Assembly (NCBI GenBank): GCA_038240295.1
Contig: JBBSDW010000002.1
Span: 1,513 to 65,512 of the forward strand
DNA length: 64,000 nucleotides
Source of the DNA: Candidatus Kapaibacterium sp.
GTDB lineage: Bacteria > Bacteroidota > Ignavibacteria > Palsa-1295
Direction of reading: 5' to 3'
Shown here piece by piece: positions 38,924-49,068 of the stretch. The notes beneath the pieces were generated by a model that saw only the letters and a program-made list of their open reading frames with translations, made no database searches and was not told the origin of the DNA. The first letter of the stretch is position 1; each line of letters starts with the position of its first letter. The position numbers were made by a program, and so were the translations under genes.

Positions 38924-40297
38924 TCAGATGAAAACTTCTGATGGAATGGGTTGCGGCGTTTCGACTTTGAGACTTCCTGCCTCACTTCTTTTCCGAAGCC
39001 CGAGTATCCGGTCGATGCCGAGAACGACGAACGGCCAGTACACGCCCATAAGAAAAATTTGATAGCGCGGCGCAACAAAAAAGATCATTGCCGTAACCGT
39101 GTTCACAACGAGCACGATCGAAATAAGTCGCATGCCGAAATGCCCAGTCATCGAGATTGAGCTCGAGTGCGCATAACTCCACATTCCAAAGACAGCCACG
39201 GCGAGTGTCGACAGAGCGAGTGCGATGTATACGGCCCGTTTGGATTCAGGATTATACCAGTCGAATAGCCAAAGCATCGCGACCTTTTTTATGTCGAGCA
39301 AGATCGTTTGCGAAGGATGTTTGCGAATCCACTCGGTTGCGGTTTTGCTTAGCATCGCCGACTCCTCAACTTCGAGTTGCGACGTGATCACTCCCGATGG
39401 GACCACCGTCGCCACAAGCGTGTCGGTTGGTGCGATCACGCCTCCCGATGCATTCCAGCCACTGCCTGTTGCGAGTGGATTGTTGCCCTTCCAAAGATTT
39501 AGTCCACCGCTCGTGCTGCCGGGAATAAAAGCCTGAAAGGTCTCGACGTTGCGGACAGTCCAGGGTATTATCACCGCAAGCATAACTACGCCCACAATGG
39601 CAACTGCGAGAATCGACTCCTTTAATTTGTGCCGAGAAGTAACGAGAAAGTAGATAGCCGTGCAAGCGATCGTAAGCGGCGCCTCGGCGCGGAATAGCGT
39701 CAGCACTCCAGCGACAAGGCCCAGAAGAAACGCTCTCAGCAACGCTCTACCTCCGAATTGTACCGCAACCCAAAGCAGGCATGCTGCATAGATGAAGAGC
39801 GCGTTCAGGAATAACGCTTCAGTCGCAACGCCGAACGTAGCGCTCGTAAAAACAAACGCCGGATAGAGCGCCGCGCTCCATGCGGAGAGCTGTGTCAAGC
39901 GCGCATACTGAAACAGCCGATCGACAAGCTTCGCAGAAAAATAAACGAACCCAACCCCGCAAAAAACCTGGATAAAAAAGATCGCGAGATAACCGCCGAG
40001 TTGATCGCCAAAGAGCCAAAGTCCGAAGAGATGGATCATCGTGGTGCCGGGCGGCATAAAGGCGGTCGGGACAAGCACCGGCGGTTGCTGCATCAGCTGC
40101 CAGTGCATGGAATACCCATGACCGGCAAGAAGATTTCGCGCGATCTCGCCATATTCCCAAAGCCTTGGATTATCTATCGCAGCAAAGGGCAGCATCGCGA
40201 TCCGAACCACGAACGCTGCGACCAGTGGCCACAATAAGTCTCGCGGCTCCCCCTGCGTCTGGATACCACCGGCTTTTATCACTTCTTGATCGGGCAA
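38924..40297 (-). CDS. Polytopic membrane glycosyltransferase-like protein (GT39/GT83 ArnT/PMT-like fold suspected)
   Basis: 457 aa with about ten or more predicted TM helices and a large extracytoplasmic loop, a pattern typical of lipid- or protein-glycosylating membrane transferases. Confidence 0.55.
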   Translation of the reverse strand: MPDQEVIKAGGIQTQGEPRDLLWPLVAAFVVRIAMLPFAAIDNPRLWEYGEIARNLLAGHGYSMHWQLMQQPPVLVPTAFMPPGTTMIHLFGLWLFGDQLGGYLAIFFIQVFCGVGFVYFSAKLVDRLFQYARLTQLSAWSAALYPAFVFTSATFGVATEALFLNALFIYAACLLWVAVQFGGRALLRAFLLGLVAGVLTLFRAEAPLTIACTAIYFLVTSRHKLKESILAVAIVGVVMLAVIIPWTVRNVETFQAFIPGSTSGGLNLWKGNNPLATGSGWNASGGVIAPTDTLVATVVPSGVITSQLEVEESAMLSKTATEWIRKHPSQTILLDIKKVAMLWLFDWYNPESKRAVYIALALSTLAVAVFGMWSYAHSSSISMTGHFGMRLISIVLVVNTVTAMIFFVAPRYQIFLMGVYWPFVVLGIDRILGLRKRSEAGSLKVETPQPIPSEVFI

Positions 40298-40686
40298 TCT
40301 GGGCAGCGTCCGAACAGATCGACCTTGACCTCGAGCACTTCACATCCCTTGAGCAGCGCACTCTTTGGCGGCTGCATTGTAGCGGCTACCGGCAGGTCGA
40401 TGATCTTTCCACAATTGTTGCACTGAAAGTGTGAGTGCGCCCCGAGCATGCCGTCATATCGGACGACCTTGCCGGCAGTCTGCACTTCATGAATCACTCC
40501 TTCGCTCACGAGCAACCGAAGGTTACGATAGACGGTACCAAGTGAGATCGAGCTAATTTTCTTGCGAGCGAGCCGATAGACCTCTTCGGCATCGGGATGT
40601 GCGTGTGAGCGCTGCACGACATCGAGGACCAGCGATCGCTGCTTCGTACTCCGCCTTTCCGGGGGTTGGAGAATCCTCTTCGGCAT
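40279..40686 (-). CDS. Fur-family metalloregulator, probably a PerR-like peroxide sensor given its neighbours
   Basis: wHTH (VYRLARKKISSISLGTVYRNLRLLVSEGVI), the HxH region (GAHSHFQC) and C-terminal CxxC...CxxC (CNNCGKI...CPDC). 135 aa. Confidence 0.85.
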   Translation of the reverse strand: MPKRILQPPERRSTKQRSLVLDVVQRSHAHPDAEEVYRLARKKISSISLGTVYRNLRLLVSEGVIHEVQTAGKVVRYDGMLGAHSHFQCNNCGKIIDLPVAATMQPPKSALLKGCEVLEVKVDLFGRCPDCPIKK

Positions 40687-40845
40687 ATCCTTAACAGTAA
40701 CAATTCTTATTAGCGGGATTGTAAAGCCAATGGAGTACGCAAAGATTCCGCGAATTCCCCTGCCCTGTCAGAGGCTTGCACGTATGAAGCCAAAAGTGGA
40801 CTTATTTTTGATGGGTCAGCGTGTGCAATCACAACTTCTTGACTC

Positions 40846-41514
40846 TTGAAGGTTTTCATTACAGGTGCTACGGGAATGGTCGGCAGCACAACGCTGCAGG
40901 CTGCGTTAAGCGATAGTGCAGTGACGCACGTCACAGCGCTCGTACGAAGAGCATTGGCCCTCTCCGACCCAAAGCTTGAGGTGGTCGTCCATGAAGATTT
41001 TCTCGATTACTCGCGGCTGAACACGCTCTTCGCCCGGCAGGATGTATGCATTTGGTGCCTCGGCGTTTCGCAAACACGGCTACGATCGGAAGCCGAGTAT
41101 ACTCGGATCACGTATGAATATGCTCTCAGCGCTGCTTCCGCAATGTTGCAGGCCAATCCCGAAATAAGATTCATCTTCGTTAGCGGGGCAGGAGCCGATT
41201 CTAAAGAACAAAGTAAAACGCTCTTCGCACGAATTAAAGGGAAGACAGAGAACGCGTTGCTTCGACTTCCTTTCAAGTCTGGAAAACTTTATCTGCTCCG
41301 GCCCGCCGCGATCTCGCCGGGGCCGCAAGGTAATCCAAGCGGTCCGACAATGGAGCGAATGCTTTATCCATTTCATCCATTGCTTAGGCTCTTTCTTCCA
41401 GGATATTTTATTCGCGTTACCGATCTCGCGCAGGTGATTCTTCGGATCGTGATGCATGGAGCGCCTCAACAGCTCCTTGAGAATCGAGACTTGCTGGCGT
41501 TGATCCAAAAATGA
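40846..41514 (+). CDS. NAD(P)H-binding Rossmann-fold protein (NmrA/atypical SDR-like)
   Basis: N-terminal FITGATGMVGSTTL glycine-rich motif and a TTG start. 222 aa. Confidence 0.65.
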   Translation: MKVFITGATGMVGSTTLQAALSDSAVTHVTALVRRALALSDPKLEVVVHEDFLDYSRLNTLFARQDVCIWCLGVSQTRLRSEAEYTRITYEYALSAASAMLQANPEIRFIFVSGAGADSKEQSKTLFARIKGKTENALLRLPFKSGKLYLLRPAAISPGPQGNPSGPTMERMLYPFHPLLRLFLPGYFIRVTDLAQVILRIVMHGAPQQLLENRDLLALIQK

Positions 41515-42275
41515 ACAAAGGCATCGTCCTCGTAACCGGGGCTGGTAGAGGGATCGGCAGAGCGATAGCGGAGCTGTTTGCCGAGCAACAGTATACGGTT
41601 GCCCTGGTATCGCGAACGCTCAGTGAAGTCGAAGATGCGGCAGAGCGGATCGTTAGCCGAGGAGGCACAGCCAGCGCATTCGTTTGCGATATCGCCTCTT
41701 CGGAACAAGTCGCAAAATTGATCGGCGAGATCACTCGATCGCTTGGGCCAATTTCTATTCTGATCAACAACGCCGGTGTTGCACCATCCGCAAAACTTGA
41801 AGCAACAACCGACGAGCTCTGGAAGCAGACGATGGCAACGAATGTGAGTGGCGCGTTTTATCTGGCTCGGGCCTTGCAACCGGGCATGCGTGAGCGTGGT
41901 GGCGGTCAGATCCTCTCGATCGCATCGACCGCTGCCCTGCATGGCTACGCCTACACGGCTGCTTATTCGACCTCGAAACACGCGCTCCTTGGTTTGACAC
42001 GTGCGCTCGCTGTAGAACTGGCTAAACAAAAGATTGCCGTCAATGCGCTGTGCCCGGGATTCGTCCGCACCGATATTGTCAAAACGAGTATCGAAAATAT
42101 TGTAGCGAGGACTGGAAAATCGGCCGCAGAAGCCGAGTCGGAACTGGCAAAGCTCAATCAGGAGGGCAAACTGATCGAGCCGGAGGAAGTTGCGGCGCTT
42201 GCCTTAGCGGTGGTTGAATGGCCAGTGTTTCGCACCGGAAAGGCGGTCCTGATGGATGGAACACTTATTGATTGA
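41511..42275 (+). CDS. Short-chain dehydrogenase/reductase (SDR)
   Basis: TGAGRGIGRAIA cofactor motif, NNAG and catalytic YSTSK (Y-x3-K). ATGA overlap with the upstream gene. Confidence 0.85.
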   Translation: MNKGIVLVTGAGRGIGRAIAELFAEQQYTVALVSRTLSEVEDAAERIVSRGGTASAFVCDIASSEQVAKLIGEITRSLGPISILINNAGVAPSAKLEATTDELWKQTMATNVSGAFYLARALQPGMRERGGGQILSIASTAALHGYAYTAAYSTSKHALLGLTRALAVELAKQKIAVNALCPGFVRTDIVKTSIENIVARTGKSAAEAESELAKLNQEGKLIEPEEVAALALAVVEWPVFRTGKAVLMDGTLID

Positions 42276-42375
42276 AGACGTAACAACGATCCAAGATCGT
42301 TTGAAAAGCGACGCTCGATGAATTGAACAACGAATGAGCGTCTGAGTCGGTTAAGATATACCAAGGAGACATCTA

Positions 42376-43683
42376 TTGAAAGAGGCACTTCAATTCTTCG
42401 AAACGCACAAACCTCGCGAACGCGCCGCGCTTGTTGCGATCATCACCGAATCCCAGGAAACCTCCCGAAATACTTCCCGAGAGCATTTGGAAGAACTGGC
42501 ACTGCTTGCAGATACTGCCGGCGCCGATATTCTTTTTCGGATGACTCAGGAGCGGCCAAAACCTGACGGCGCGCTCTATCTCGGCAAGGGAAAGGTCGAA
42601 GAACTGAAAATGCGTGTCGAGATGGAAGAAGTGGGTCTCGTGATCTTCGATGACGATCTCAGCCCGGTGCAGCTTCGCAATCTCGAAAAAGAACTTGGAG
42701 TAAAGATTCTTGATCGGAGCGGACTGATCCTCGATATCTTCGCATCGCGCGCTCGTACGCGGGAAGCGAAAACGCAGATCGAGCTTGCACAGCTTGAATA
42801 TACGCTTCCTCGGCTTACGCGTGCATGGACGCACTTATCCAAGCAATTCGGCGGCATTGGCACGAAGGGTCCCGGCGAAACGCAGATCGAGACCGATCGG
42901 CGAATGATCAAGACGCGTATCGCGCATCTAAAATCGAAACTTGTCGATATCGAGCAACAGCAAACGACGCGCAGGCTTAGCCGCTCGAACGAGCTCGCGC
43001 GAATTGCACTCGTGGGTTATACAAACGTAGGCAAGTCGTCGCTCTTGAACGTGCTGGCGGCCGACAAACACTCGGAGGTATTTGTCGAGGATCGTCTTTT
43101 TGCAACGCTCGATGCCACAACCAGGGCGATGGAGCTTTCGCACGGGCGCAAGACGCTGGTTACCGACACGGTAGGATTTATTCGCAAACTGCCGGCGAAA
43201 CTTGTCGCATCGTTTCGTACCACACTTTCTGAAGTAACAGAGGCCGATATTCTTTTACACGTGATCGATGTGAGCAATCCATCGTTCGAAGAGCAGGTGG
43301 AAGTTGTCGAGCTTACGTTGAAGGAACTCGATGCAAGCGAGAAGCCGACCATCATGGTTTTTAACAAGATCGATCTTGTCTCCGACGATGATCGCGCTTC
43401 GTTGCAGAGTGTTCGGTCGCGATATCCTCATGCTGTCTTTATCAGCGCAGGCCGTGGCATTGGCATCAGCCGCCTCAAAGAAGAGATCGAGCGTGTGATC
43501 ACTGAGGAATCGGTTGAGCTTACGGTCGAGGTACCCCTAACGCATTACGAGATCGCATCGAGATTACACGAACTTGGTGAAGTGAGCAATCGCACATTTA
43601 CAGACACGCACGTTCGGTTGACGCTGCGCGTGCATAGTAGAAACCGCGAGCGTGTGGAGCGTTTGCTTGCAACCGCTGCTTAA
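42376..43683 (+). CDS. hflX: GTPase HflX
   Basis: HflX N-domain followed by a G-domain with G1 (GYTNVGKSSLLN), G3 (DTVGF) and G4 (NKID). TTG start preceded by AAGGAG. Confidence 0.88.
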   Translation: MKEALQFFETHKPRERAALVAIITESQETSRNTSREHLEELALLADTAGADILFRMTQERPKPDGALYLGKGKVEELKMRVEMEEVGLVIFDDDLSPVQLRNLEKELGVKILDRSGLILDIFASRARTREAKTQIELAQLEYTLPRLTRAWTHLSKQFGGIGTKGPGETQIETDRRMIKTRIAHLKSKLVDIEQQQTTRRLSRSNELARIALVGYTNVGKSSLLNVLAADKHSEVFVEDRLFATLDATTRAMELSHGRKTLVTDTVGFIRKLPAKLVASFRTTLSEVTEADILLHVIDVSNPSFEEQVEVVELTLKELDASEKPTIMVFNKIDLVSDDDRASLQSVRSRYPHAVFISAGRGIGISRLKEEIERVITEESVELTVEVPLTHYEIASRLHELGEVSNRTFTDTHVRLTLRVHSRNRERVERLLATAA

Positions 43684-43686
43684 GAA

Positions 43687-44106
43687 ATGAAAGTTACTCT
43701 TACTCGTGATAAGGCACTTCGCTTCGTTGGCAAGAATGAAGAAGGTCTTGAATCGGTTTTCGACACGAGCGTAGCGGGAGGAGGACTGAACTCCTCACCG
43801 AGTCCGGTAGAGGCAGTCGCGATGGCTGCGGGCGCCTGTACGGCGATGGATGTCGTGGCAATGATCGCAAAACGACGAAAACAACTCGATGATTTTCGAG
43901 TGGAGATTGAATACGAGCGCGCCACCGAACATCCGAAAGTGATCACGAAGCTCCACATGGCATTTCATGTGAAGAGCCCCGATCTCACTTCGGAAGAACT
44001 CGAACGCTCGATCAAACTTTCGCAGGAGACCTATTGCACTGTCAGCATCATGGTCCGTCGTTCGGGTTGCGAAATTACCTGGTCGCACGAAATTACGCGC
44101 GCATAA
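43687..44106 (+). CDS. OsmC/Ohr-family peroxiredoxin-like protein
   Basis: 139 aa with the two conserved Cys regions (AMAAGACTAMDV...ETYCTVS). Confidence 0.75.
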   Translation: MKVTLTRDKALRFVGKNEEGLESVFDTSVAGGGLNSSPSPVEAVAMAAGACTAMDVVAMIAKRRKQLDDFRVEIEYERATEHPKVITKLHMAFHVKSPDLTSEELERSIKLSQETYCTVSIMVRRSGCEITWSHEITRA

Positions 44107-44116
44107 TTGCGAGCGC

Positions 44117-45388
44117 TCAATAGAGCAGGTAGGGCTTTCGGCTGATTGCGAAATTTGTGACATCCTTTTGCCAGCTATCGATGATTGGCGCGACATCGGC
44201 CTCGTGATCGAGCGCTCCCCAGATCTTTTTGGTACCTGTCACTTTTTCGAACATCAACATTTGCGCAGTCGAAATTGCATCGAAGCTCGATTGGAATGTC
44301 GAATCTTTTAGCAGGGTGCCAAGCAGCATAAACTGACCTGCATAGATTGGACCAAGATGTGAGAGATCTTTGGGGACACCGATCGTGATGCCGGCGAAAT
44401 GTTTCTTTTGACTGCTCACCACCGCAGAAAAGCTATCGACTTTGAGCGTCAGCTCGTGTGGGAATGCCGACTGCGCAGCTTGCAGCATTGCGTCAGTCTT
44501 TGAAGCGGTTGCACCGAGCGCGAGGAAGGGCCGATCTCCACCAATCCCGATCGTAAGGATGCCAAGTTCTCCCGTTGCGCCAAGAGCTGCAGCTCCGATC
44601 ACGTTCTCAAATCGGGGAATGTTCGGACTTGTCGCAACCCACGTCAAACCAGTCTCGGGCCAATACATCGATCGCTTCCAGCCTGACATTTGGATCACTG
44701 TAAGTTTGAGCGAAGCCGCATTCTTGAACCACTCTTCGCCGACCGCCATCCTGGCAAGTTCACCCAATGTCATCCCATGCAAATAGGGGATCGGTGCGAT
44801 CCCAACGAAGGACTCGAGATTTTCTTCGAGCAGATTTCCTTCGATGCGAACTCCCGAGAGAGGGTTCGGCCGATCGAGAACATAGAACGGAATATGCGAT
44901 TCGGCAGCCGCCTCCATCGCACTGACCATTGTCGATAAATAAGTGTAGGGGCGAACGCCGATATCCTGCAGATCAAAAACGAGCGCATCGATGCCCTTCA
45001 GCATTTTTTTCGTTGGCTTGCGTGTAGAGCCATAGAGCGAGTAGACGGGCACTCCCATATATCGCTCAATAGAGTCGGTGGCCACGCCTGCAGATCGCGT
45101 TCCGTGCAGTCCGTGTTCCGGTGCGAAGAGCGCGACAAGCCTTACCCGCTTTGCCTTCTTGAAGAGCGCAGGTCCGAATTTACCATCGAATGTTTGCGAG
45201 GTTTGATTCGCGATCAGGCCGACGTGCTTTTGCGTTAACGATTTGAAGTCGGTCGCGACAAGCCGGTCAAGTCCTGTCTTTACGAGCGGTTGCGCAGTGG
45301 CAGTGAAAACGTGAATTAACAGAACAAGCACGATCACCGTCGTATTTTTTAGGGTGAGGCATCTACGAGTAACAAATGTCAAGAGCAT
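44117..45388 (-). CDS. DUF1343/NamZ-like secreted protein (exo-beta-N-acetylmuramidase family)
   Basis: Signal peptide MLLTFVTRRCLTLKNTTVIVLVLLIHVFTATAQP, then domain-sized conserved segments (VGLIANQTSQ, FAPEHGLHG, FDLQDIGVR, DRPNP). The start was set at the internal Met, which precedes a plausible signal peptide. Confidence 0.65.
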   Translation of the reverse strand: MLLTFVTRRCLTLKNTTVIVLVLLIHVFTATAQPLVKTGLDRLVATDFKSLTQKHVGLIANQTSQTFDGKFGPALFKKAKRVRLVALFAPEHGLHGTRSAGVATDSIERYMGVPVYSLYGSTRKPTKKMLKGIDALVFDLQDIGVRPYTYLSTMVSAMEAAAESHIPFYVLDRPNPLSGVRIEGNLLEENLESFVGIAPIPYLHGMTLGELARMAVGEEWFKNAASLKLTVIQMSGWKRSMYWPETGLTWVATSPNIPRFENVIGAAALGATGELGILTIGIGGDRPFLALGATASKTDAMLQAAQSAFPHELTLKVDSFSAVVSSQKKHFAGITIGVPKDLSHLGPIYAGQFMLLGTLLKDSTFQSSFDAISTAQMLMFEKVTGTKKIWGALDHEADVAPIIDSWQKDVTNFAISRKPYLLY

Positions 45389-46514
45389 GATGAAGGGCAA
45401 AGGGTTCGCTGTATTTCTACTGATAGTGCTAAGTTCAATGCAAAGTTCGCACATTGCGACGGCCCAAACCAAAAAAGAGTGGGAGTCACATCTTCTCGCG
45501 ACACATAAGTTCATGCTGGAGAAAATGTGGAATCCTGCGAACGGAAATTTTATTCGACGCACGGATCAACCTACCCAAGGCCAGCGCTCCGATTCCTGGG
45601 GCATCACGATCGTGCTCGATGCCTTTGCCTACATGGTGCGAACGGGCAATATGAAAGCCGACGCGCTGAAACAATACTACGAATCTTCAACCGCGCTCTA
45701 CGAACGAACCGACAACGGGATCGGCGCGAGGATCATCGCAAGGCAGGGTAACCAGATCTATGTTGGCGGCGACGATGACATGCAGTGGATCGCCGCGCTG
45801 GCGAATTGCTTCGAGGCCACGAAAGATTCATCCCATCTCAATAATGCACGCGGAGCATTCAATGCCATGATCTCGCTGGGTTTTTGGAAGCAGGCAACCG
45901 ATAAAGCTCCGAGCGGTTGGGCATGGAACTCCAACGACCAACGTCCAATGGGCGTGAGCACGAGCTACGGTGCGCTTGCCGCCGCAAGATTATTCAGGAT
46001 CACGGGCGAGGATGTTTATCGCCAGTGGGCTCTCGCTTCGCTCGCCGCACTCACAAAACCTCAGATCTCGTTCATCCCTCGCGATAAAATGATCGCTGCC
46101 GAAGCTGCAACGATTCTTTTTGAATCAACAAAGGACGCAAAGTTTTTGGAATTTGCAATTGCGCTTTCGGATCAAGCCCTGGCGGAGATCACGCTCATTA
46201 TGAGTGGCAAAAAAGATGGCGAACGCAACCCAACAGATGTTGGCGATCTGGCGGAAGGATTGCTGCAGGTCTCCGCTGCTTCAGGAAAAATCGTCTATGC
46301 CAACAAAGCGAAGCAACTCGTTAATTTTTTCCTGATCGGGAGAACGGACGAAGACATTGCTGCGAATGGGTTTTACTCTCGTTACCAAGCCGGCGCAAAG
46401 CCTGTGCAAGTAACCGAGGGCGCGTACATTGGTGTACCGGTCAGTGCAAGATTTTTGCCTGAGGTTGCCGAGATGTTAAAACTTGAAGCAGAGATGGTGC
46501 TTCGCGCGCGTTAG
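45387..46514 (+). CDS. Secreted GH76-like (alpha/alpha)6 glycoside hydrolase family protein
   Basis: Signal peptide MMKGKGFAVFLLIVLSSMQSSHIATAQ. Motifs ...SWGITIVLDAF..., ...GGDDDMQWIA... and an alpha-helical repeat layout resemble alpha-1,6-mannanase-type six-hairpin enzymes. Confidence 0.55.
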   Translation: MMKGKGFAVFLLIVLSSMQSSHIATAQTKKEWESHLLATHKFMLEKMWNPANGNFIRRTDQPTQGQRSDSWGITIVLDAFAYMVRTGNMKADALKQYYESSTALYERTDNGIGARIIARQGNQIYVGGDDDMQWIAALANCFEATKDSSHLNNARGAFNAMISLGFWKQATDKAPSGWAWNSNDQRPMGVSTSYGALAAARLFRITGEDVYRQWALASLAALTKPQISFIPRDKMIAAEAATILFESTKDAKFLEFAIALSDQALAEITLIMSGKKDGERNPTDVGDLAEGLLQVSAASGKIVYANKAKQLVNFFLIGRTDEDIAANGFYSRYQAGAKPVQVTEGAYIGVPVSARFLPEVAEMLKLEAEMVLRAR

Positions 46515-47776
46515 GCACTCGCCGTTTGCACAGATCTTCCATCGTGCTTCACGCCTCGCACGAGAATGAAGCCTGCGATGAAAAAGAGAGCCAACGAAGC
46601 GATCGCGGGACGCTGGCCGAATTGATCGGAGAGCACGCCGTAGAGGAAAGGCCCAATGATGGCGCTCGCTTTGCCGCAGAGTCCATCGTAGAATCCGAAG
46701 AATTCCGCTGTGTGCTCCTTTGGTGTGAGTTGCGCCATAAAACTTCTCGAAGCCGATTGACTCGATCCTAACGCGAGTCCCGCGACAGCCCCGACGCCCC
46801 AAAAGATCTGCGCCGTCTGTGCAAAGAAGGCTCCGATCACAACGACAATCCAGATTCCAAGTGTGATCAGGATCGTTAGTCGTGCGCCCTTCCGATCCGT
46901 TAGGTATCCGAAGATGACGGAGCCGATCGCAGCGATCACCTGGATCATAATGAAAAACATCGCGAGATCGCCGTTGTCGAAATGCAGCGTGCGCTTCGCA
47001 TAGCGCCCGGAGAATCCGATCACCGTAAGGATCGCATCGTTGTAAACGAAAAAGGCGATGAGAAATCGTGCGACATTCTTATGTTCGCGAATGGTGCGAA
47101 TCGTTTGAAGATTCTCACGAAAGCCCGACTTGATGATCTCGCCGATCGATTTCGAGGAAGCTTTCTTTTTTTCCGGTACCCAGACGAGTGTCGGGATTGT
47201 GAAGATCAAAAAGAAAAGGGCCGTTACGAGAAACGTCTCACGAATGAGCGGCGGCGTCGGGGCGAGCATGAACTTCGTAAGCACGAGCGCGGCAAGCGAT
47301 CCAAAATATCCAACGGCGAAGCCGATGCCTGAGACGCGTCCGTAGGTTTCGCTCGAAGAGATCTCGGGCAGGAACGCATCGTAAAAGACCGTACCGCCTT
47401 CGAAGCCCGCGTTGCCAAGCACAAAAAGGAGAATACCAACAAAGATCATCCCGGGTGATAGGAAGTAGATGCCGGTCGTGGCCAGGACGGAGAGCAGTGT
47501 AAAGGCCGCGAGGAATCGCTTCTTGCTGCCTGTCATATCCGCCATGGCACCGAGCGCAGGCGAGACGACCGCAACAAGGAGCATCGAAAGGCTCATCGCG
47601 ATCCCCCAATAGAAATCGCCGCGGCCGTTGGTTACGATCGTTTCTCCGAAATAGATCGGATAAACAAACGTTACGATGATCGCAGAGAACGAGCTATTTG
47701 CAAAGTCGAAGCTCGACCAGGCTGCTACAACTTTCTTAGAAAATGGACGCGGAGTTTGCGGATGTGTGGCTGCCAC
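46511..47776 (-). CDS. Major facilitator superfamily transporter
   Basis: 421 aa with 12 predicted TM helices and an MFS loop motif (GAMADMTGSKKRF). Confidence 0.8.
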   Translation of the reverse strand: MAATHPQTPRPFSKKVVAAWSSFDFANSSFSAIIVTFVYPIYFGETIVTNGRGDFYWGIAMSLSMLLVAVVSPALGAMADMTGSKKRFLAAFTLLSVLATTGIYFLSPGMIFVGILLFVLGNAGFEGGTVFYDAFLPEISSSETYGRVSGIGFAVGYFGSLAALVLTKFMLAPTPPLIRETFLVTALFFLIFTIPTLVWVPEKKKASSKSIGEIIKSGFRENLQTIRTIREHKNVARFLIAFFVYNDAILTVIGFSGRYAKRTLHFDNGDLAMFFIMIQVIAAIGSVIFGYLTDRKGARLTILITLGIWIVVVIGAFFAQTAQIFWGVGAVAGLALGSSQSASRSFMAQLTPKEHTAEFFGFYDGLCGKASAIIGPFLYGVLSDQFGQRPAIASLALFFIAGFILVRGVKHDGRSVQTASA

Positions 47777-47806
47777 GATGTGAAACAGGCGAAAAATATC
47801 GTGAGA

Positions 47807-48376
47807 CTAAATCGTTTTGTCGAGCAATCCGCGACCCGACTTGTTGCTATCGCCTCTCTCGCTAAGCACGGTCATCACGGCATGCAATATGCCGTTGATG
47901 AACTTCCCGCTCTCTTCGGTCGAATAGTCTTTCGAGATCTCGATCAATTCGTTGATCGTTGCCTTTGGAGGAATTTCCGGAAAGTAGCAAAGTTCGGCAA
48001 TGCCCATTTGGATAAGGAGCCGGTCGATCAACGCGACGCGGTTAAAATCCCAGTGCGTCAGGTGCTCGGTCATTAATTGATTCGTCTCGCCCATGTGCGC
48101 ACTGATCGCGAGCGTGAGGGCTCTCGCGAATTCGAGCGCACGTTCATCTTCGAGATTTGAGAGAATGAGTTCTTTAAAGATCTCATCGAAATCACGGCCC
48201 GTCATCTCGCGAGCGTAGAGCAATTGCAGCACACGTTCTCGCGCGAGTCTTCGGCGCGGTAGTTTCGCATCGCGCACGGGATCATTCTCAAAGATCTCGT
48301 CGGTCTCGATCTTTGCGGAGCCTTGCTGTGGGGCGCTGATATGGCGTGTCGGCTCTCGTTCTGGCGTTGTTTTCAC
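47807..48376 (-). CDS. nusB: Transcription antitermination factor NusB (true start probably an internal GTG near 48277)
   Basis: RRRLARERVLQLLYAREM...ALIDRLLIQMGIAELCYFPEIPPKATINELIEISKDYS matches the NusB core. The N-terminal ~33 codons look like spurious extension. Confidence 0.85.
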   Translation of the reverse strand: MKTTPEREPTRHISAPQQGSAKIETDEIFENDPVRDAKLPRRRLARERVLQLLYAREMTGRDFDEIFKELILSNLEDERALEFARALTLAISAHMGETNQLMTEHLTHWDFNRVALIDRLLIQMGIAELCYFPEIPPKATINELIEISKDYSTEESGKFINGILHAVMTVLSERGDSNKSGRGLLDKTI

Positions 48377-48430
48377 TGAACAATAATTGTCAATGCTGCA
48401 AAGATACGGAGAGCTTGAACCAGCCGCGAT

Positions 48431-49054
48431 TTAATAATATCCGAACGATGTCCTGTTATCGGTAACCTTCACATGATTCCGCTGCTGCTTGAGCCATGCG
48501 TCAAAATTGGGATGCGTATCCTGGTCGGTTTCCTTGCTTACGCTTCGAATCAGCCGTGCGGTTTCGAGTTGGAATCGCTCGGCATTCCGTACGATCGAGG
48601 CTACGGAGTCATAGGCTGGGTCGGTGAGGAATGTCTTCAGATACTCGGCATGAAAGACTCCGAGCGAATCGGTCAGATTTTTCTTCAGATCATCCGGTGG
48701 ATGCAGTAGAAGCAGGCTGTCGATCGAGGCATTCGTGAGCATGAGCTTTCGCTTTTCGATTGCATGCTCGATGATCACGTCGTTGATAAAATCGTCCCAC
48801 GTTCGATCGACGAAGGTCGTAAACTGCTCCGCCGTGACTTTCCCGTTCTTAATGCTATCTGTCCCGGCGGCTTCTTCGATCATTGCCGAAAGCCGATTCC
48901 GAAAATCATAGAGCGTGATCACCTCATTATTAACGATGCCGACGGTATCGGTAAGCTTGTGCTTCTTTTCCGTTCTTGTAAGTGGCTTCGGCTGCGCCGA
49001 AACCTCGCGAACACCAAAAAGTGCGAGGAGCAGAACGAGTAGAGAAATTTTCAA
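48431..49054 (-). CDS. Periplasmic SurA-N-domain-like chaperone
   Basis: Signal peptide followed by an all-helical SurA_N-like region (VNNEVITLYDFRNRL...). 207 aa. Confidence 0.55.
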   Translation of the reverse strand: MKISLLVLLLALFGVREVSAQPKPLTRTEKKHKLTDTVGIVNNEVITLYDFRNRLSAMIEEAAGTDSIKNGKVTAEQFTTFVDRTWDDFINDVIIEHAIEKRKLMLTNASIDSLLLLHPPDDLKKNLTDSLGVFHAEYLKTFLTDPAYDSVASIVRNAERFQLETARLIRSVSKETDQDTHPNFDAWLKQQRNHVKVTDNRTSFGYY

Positions 49055-49068
49055 GTGTTTGCTATCTT

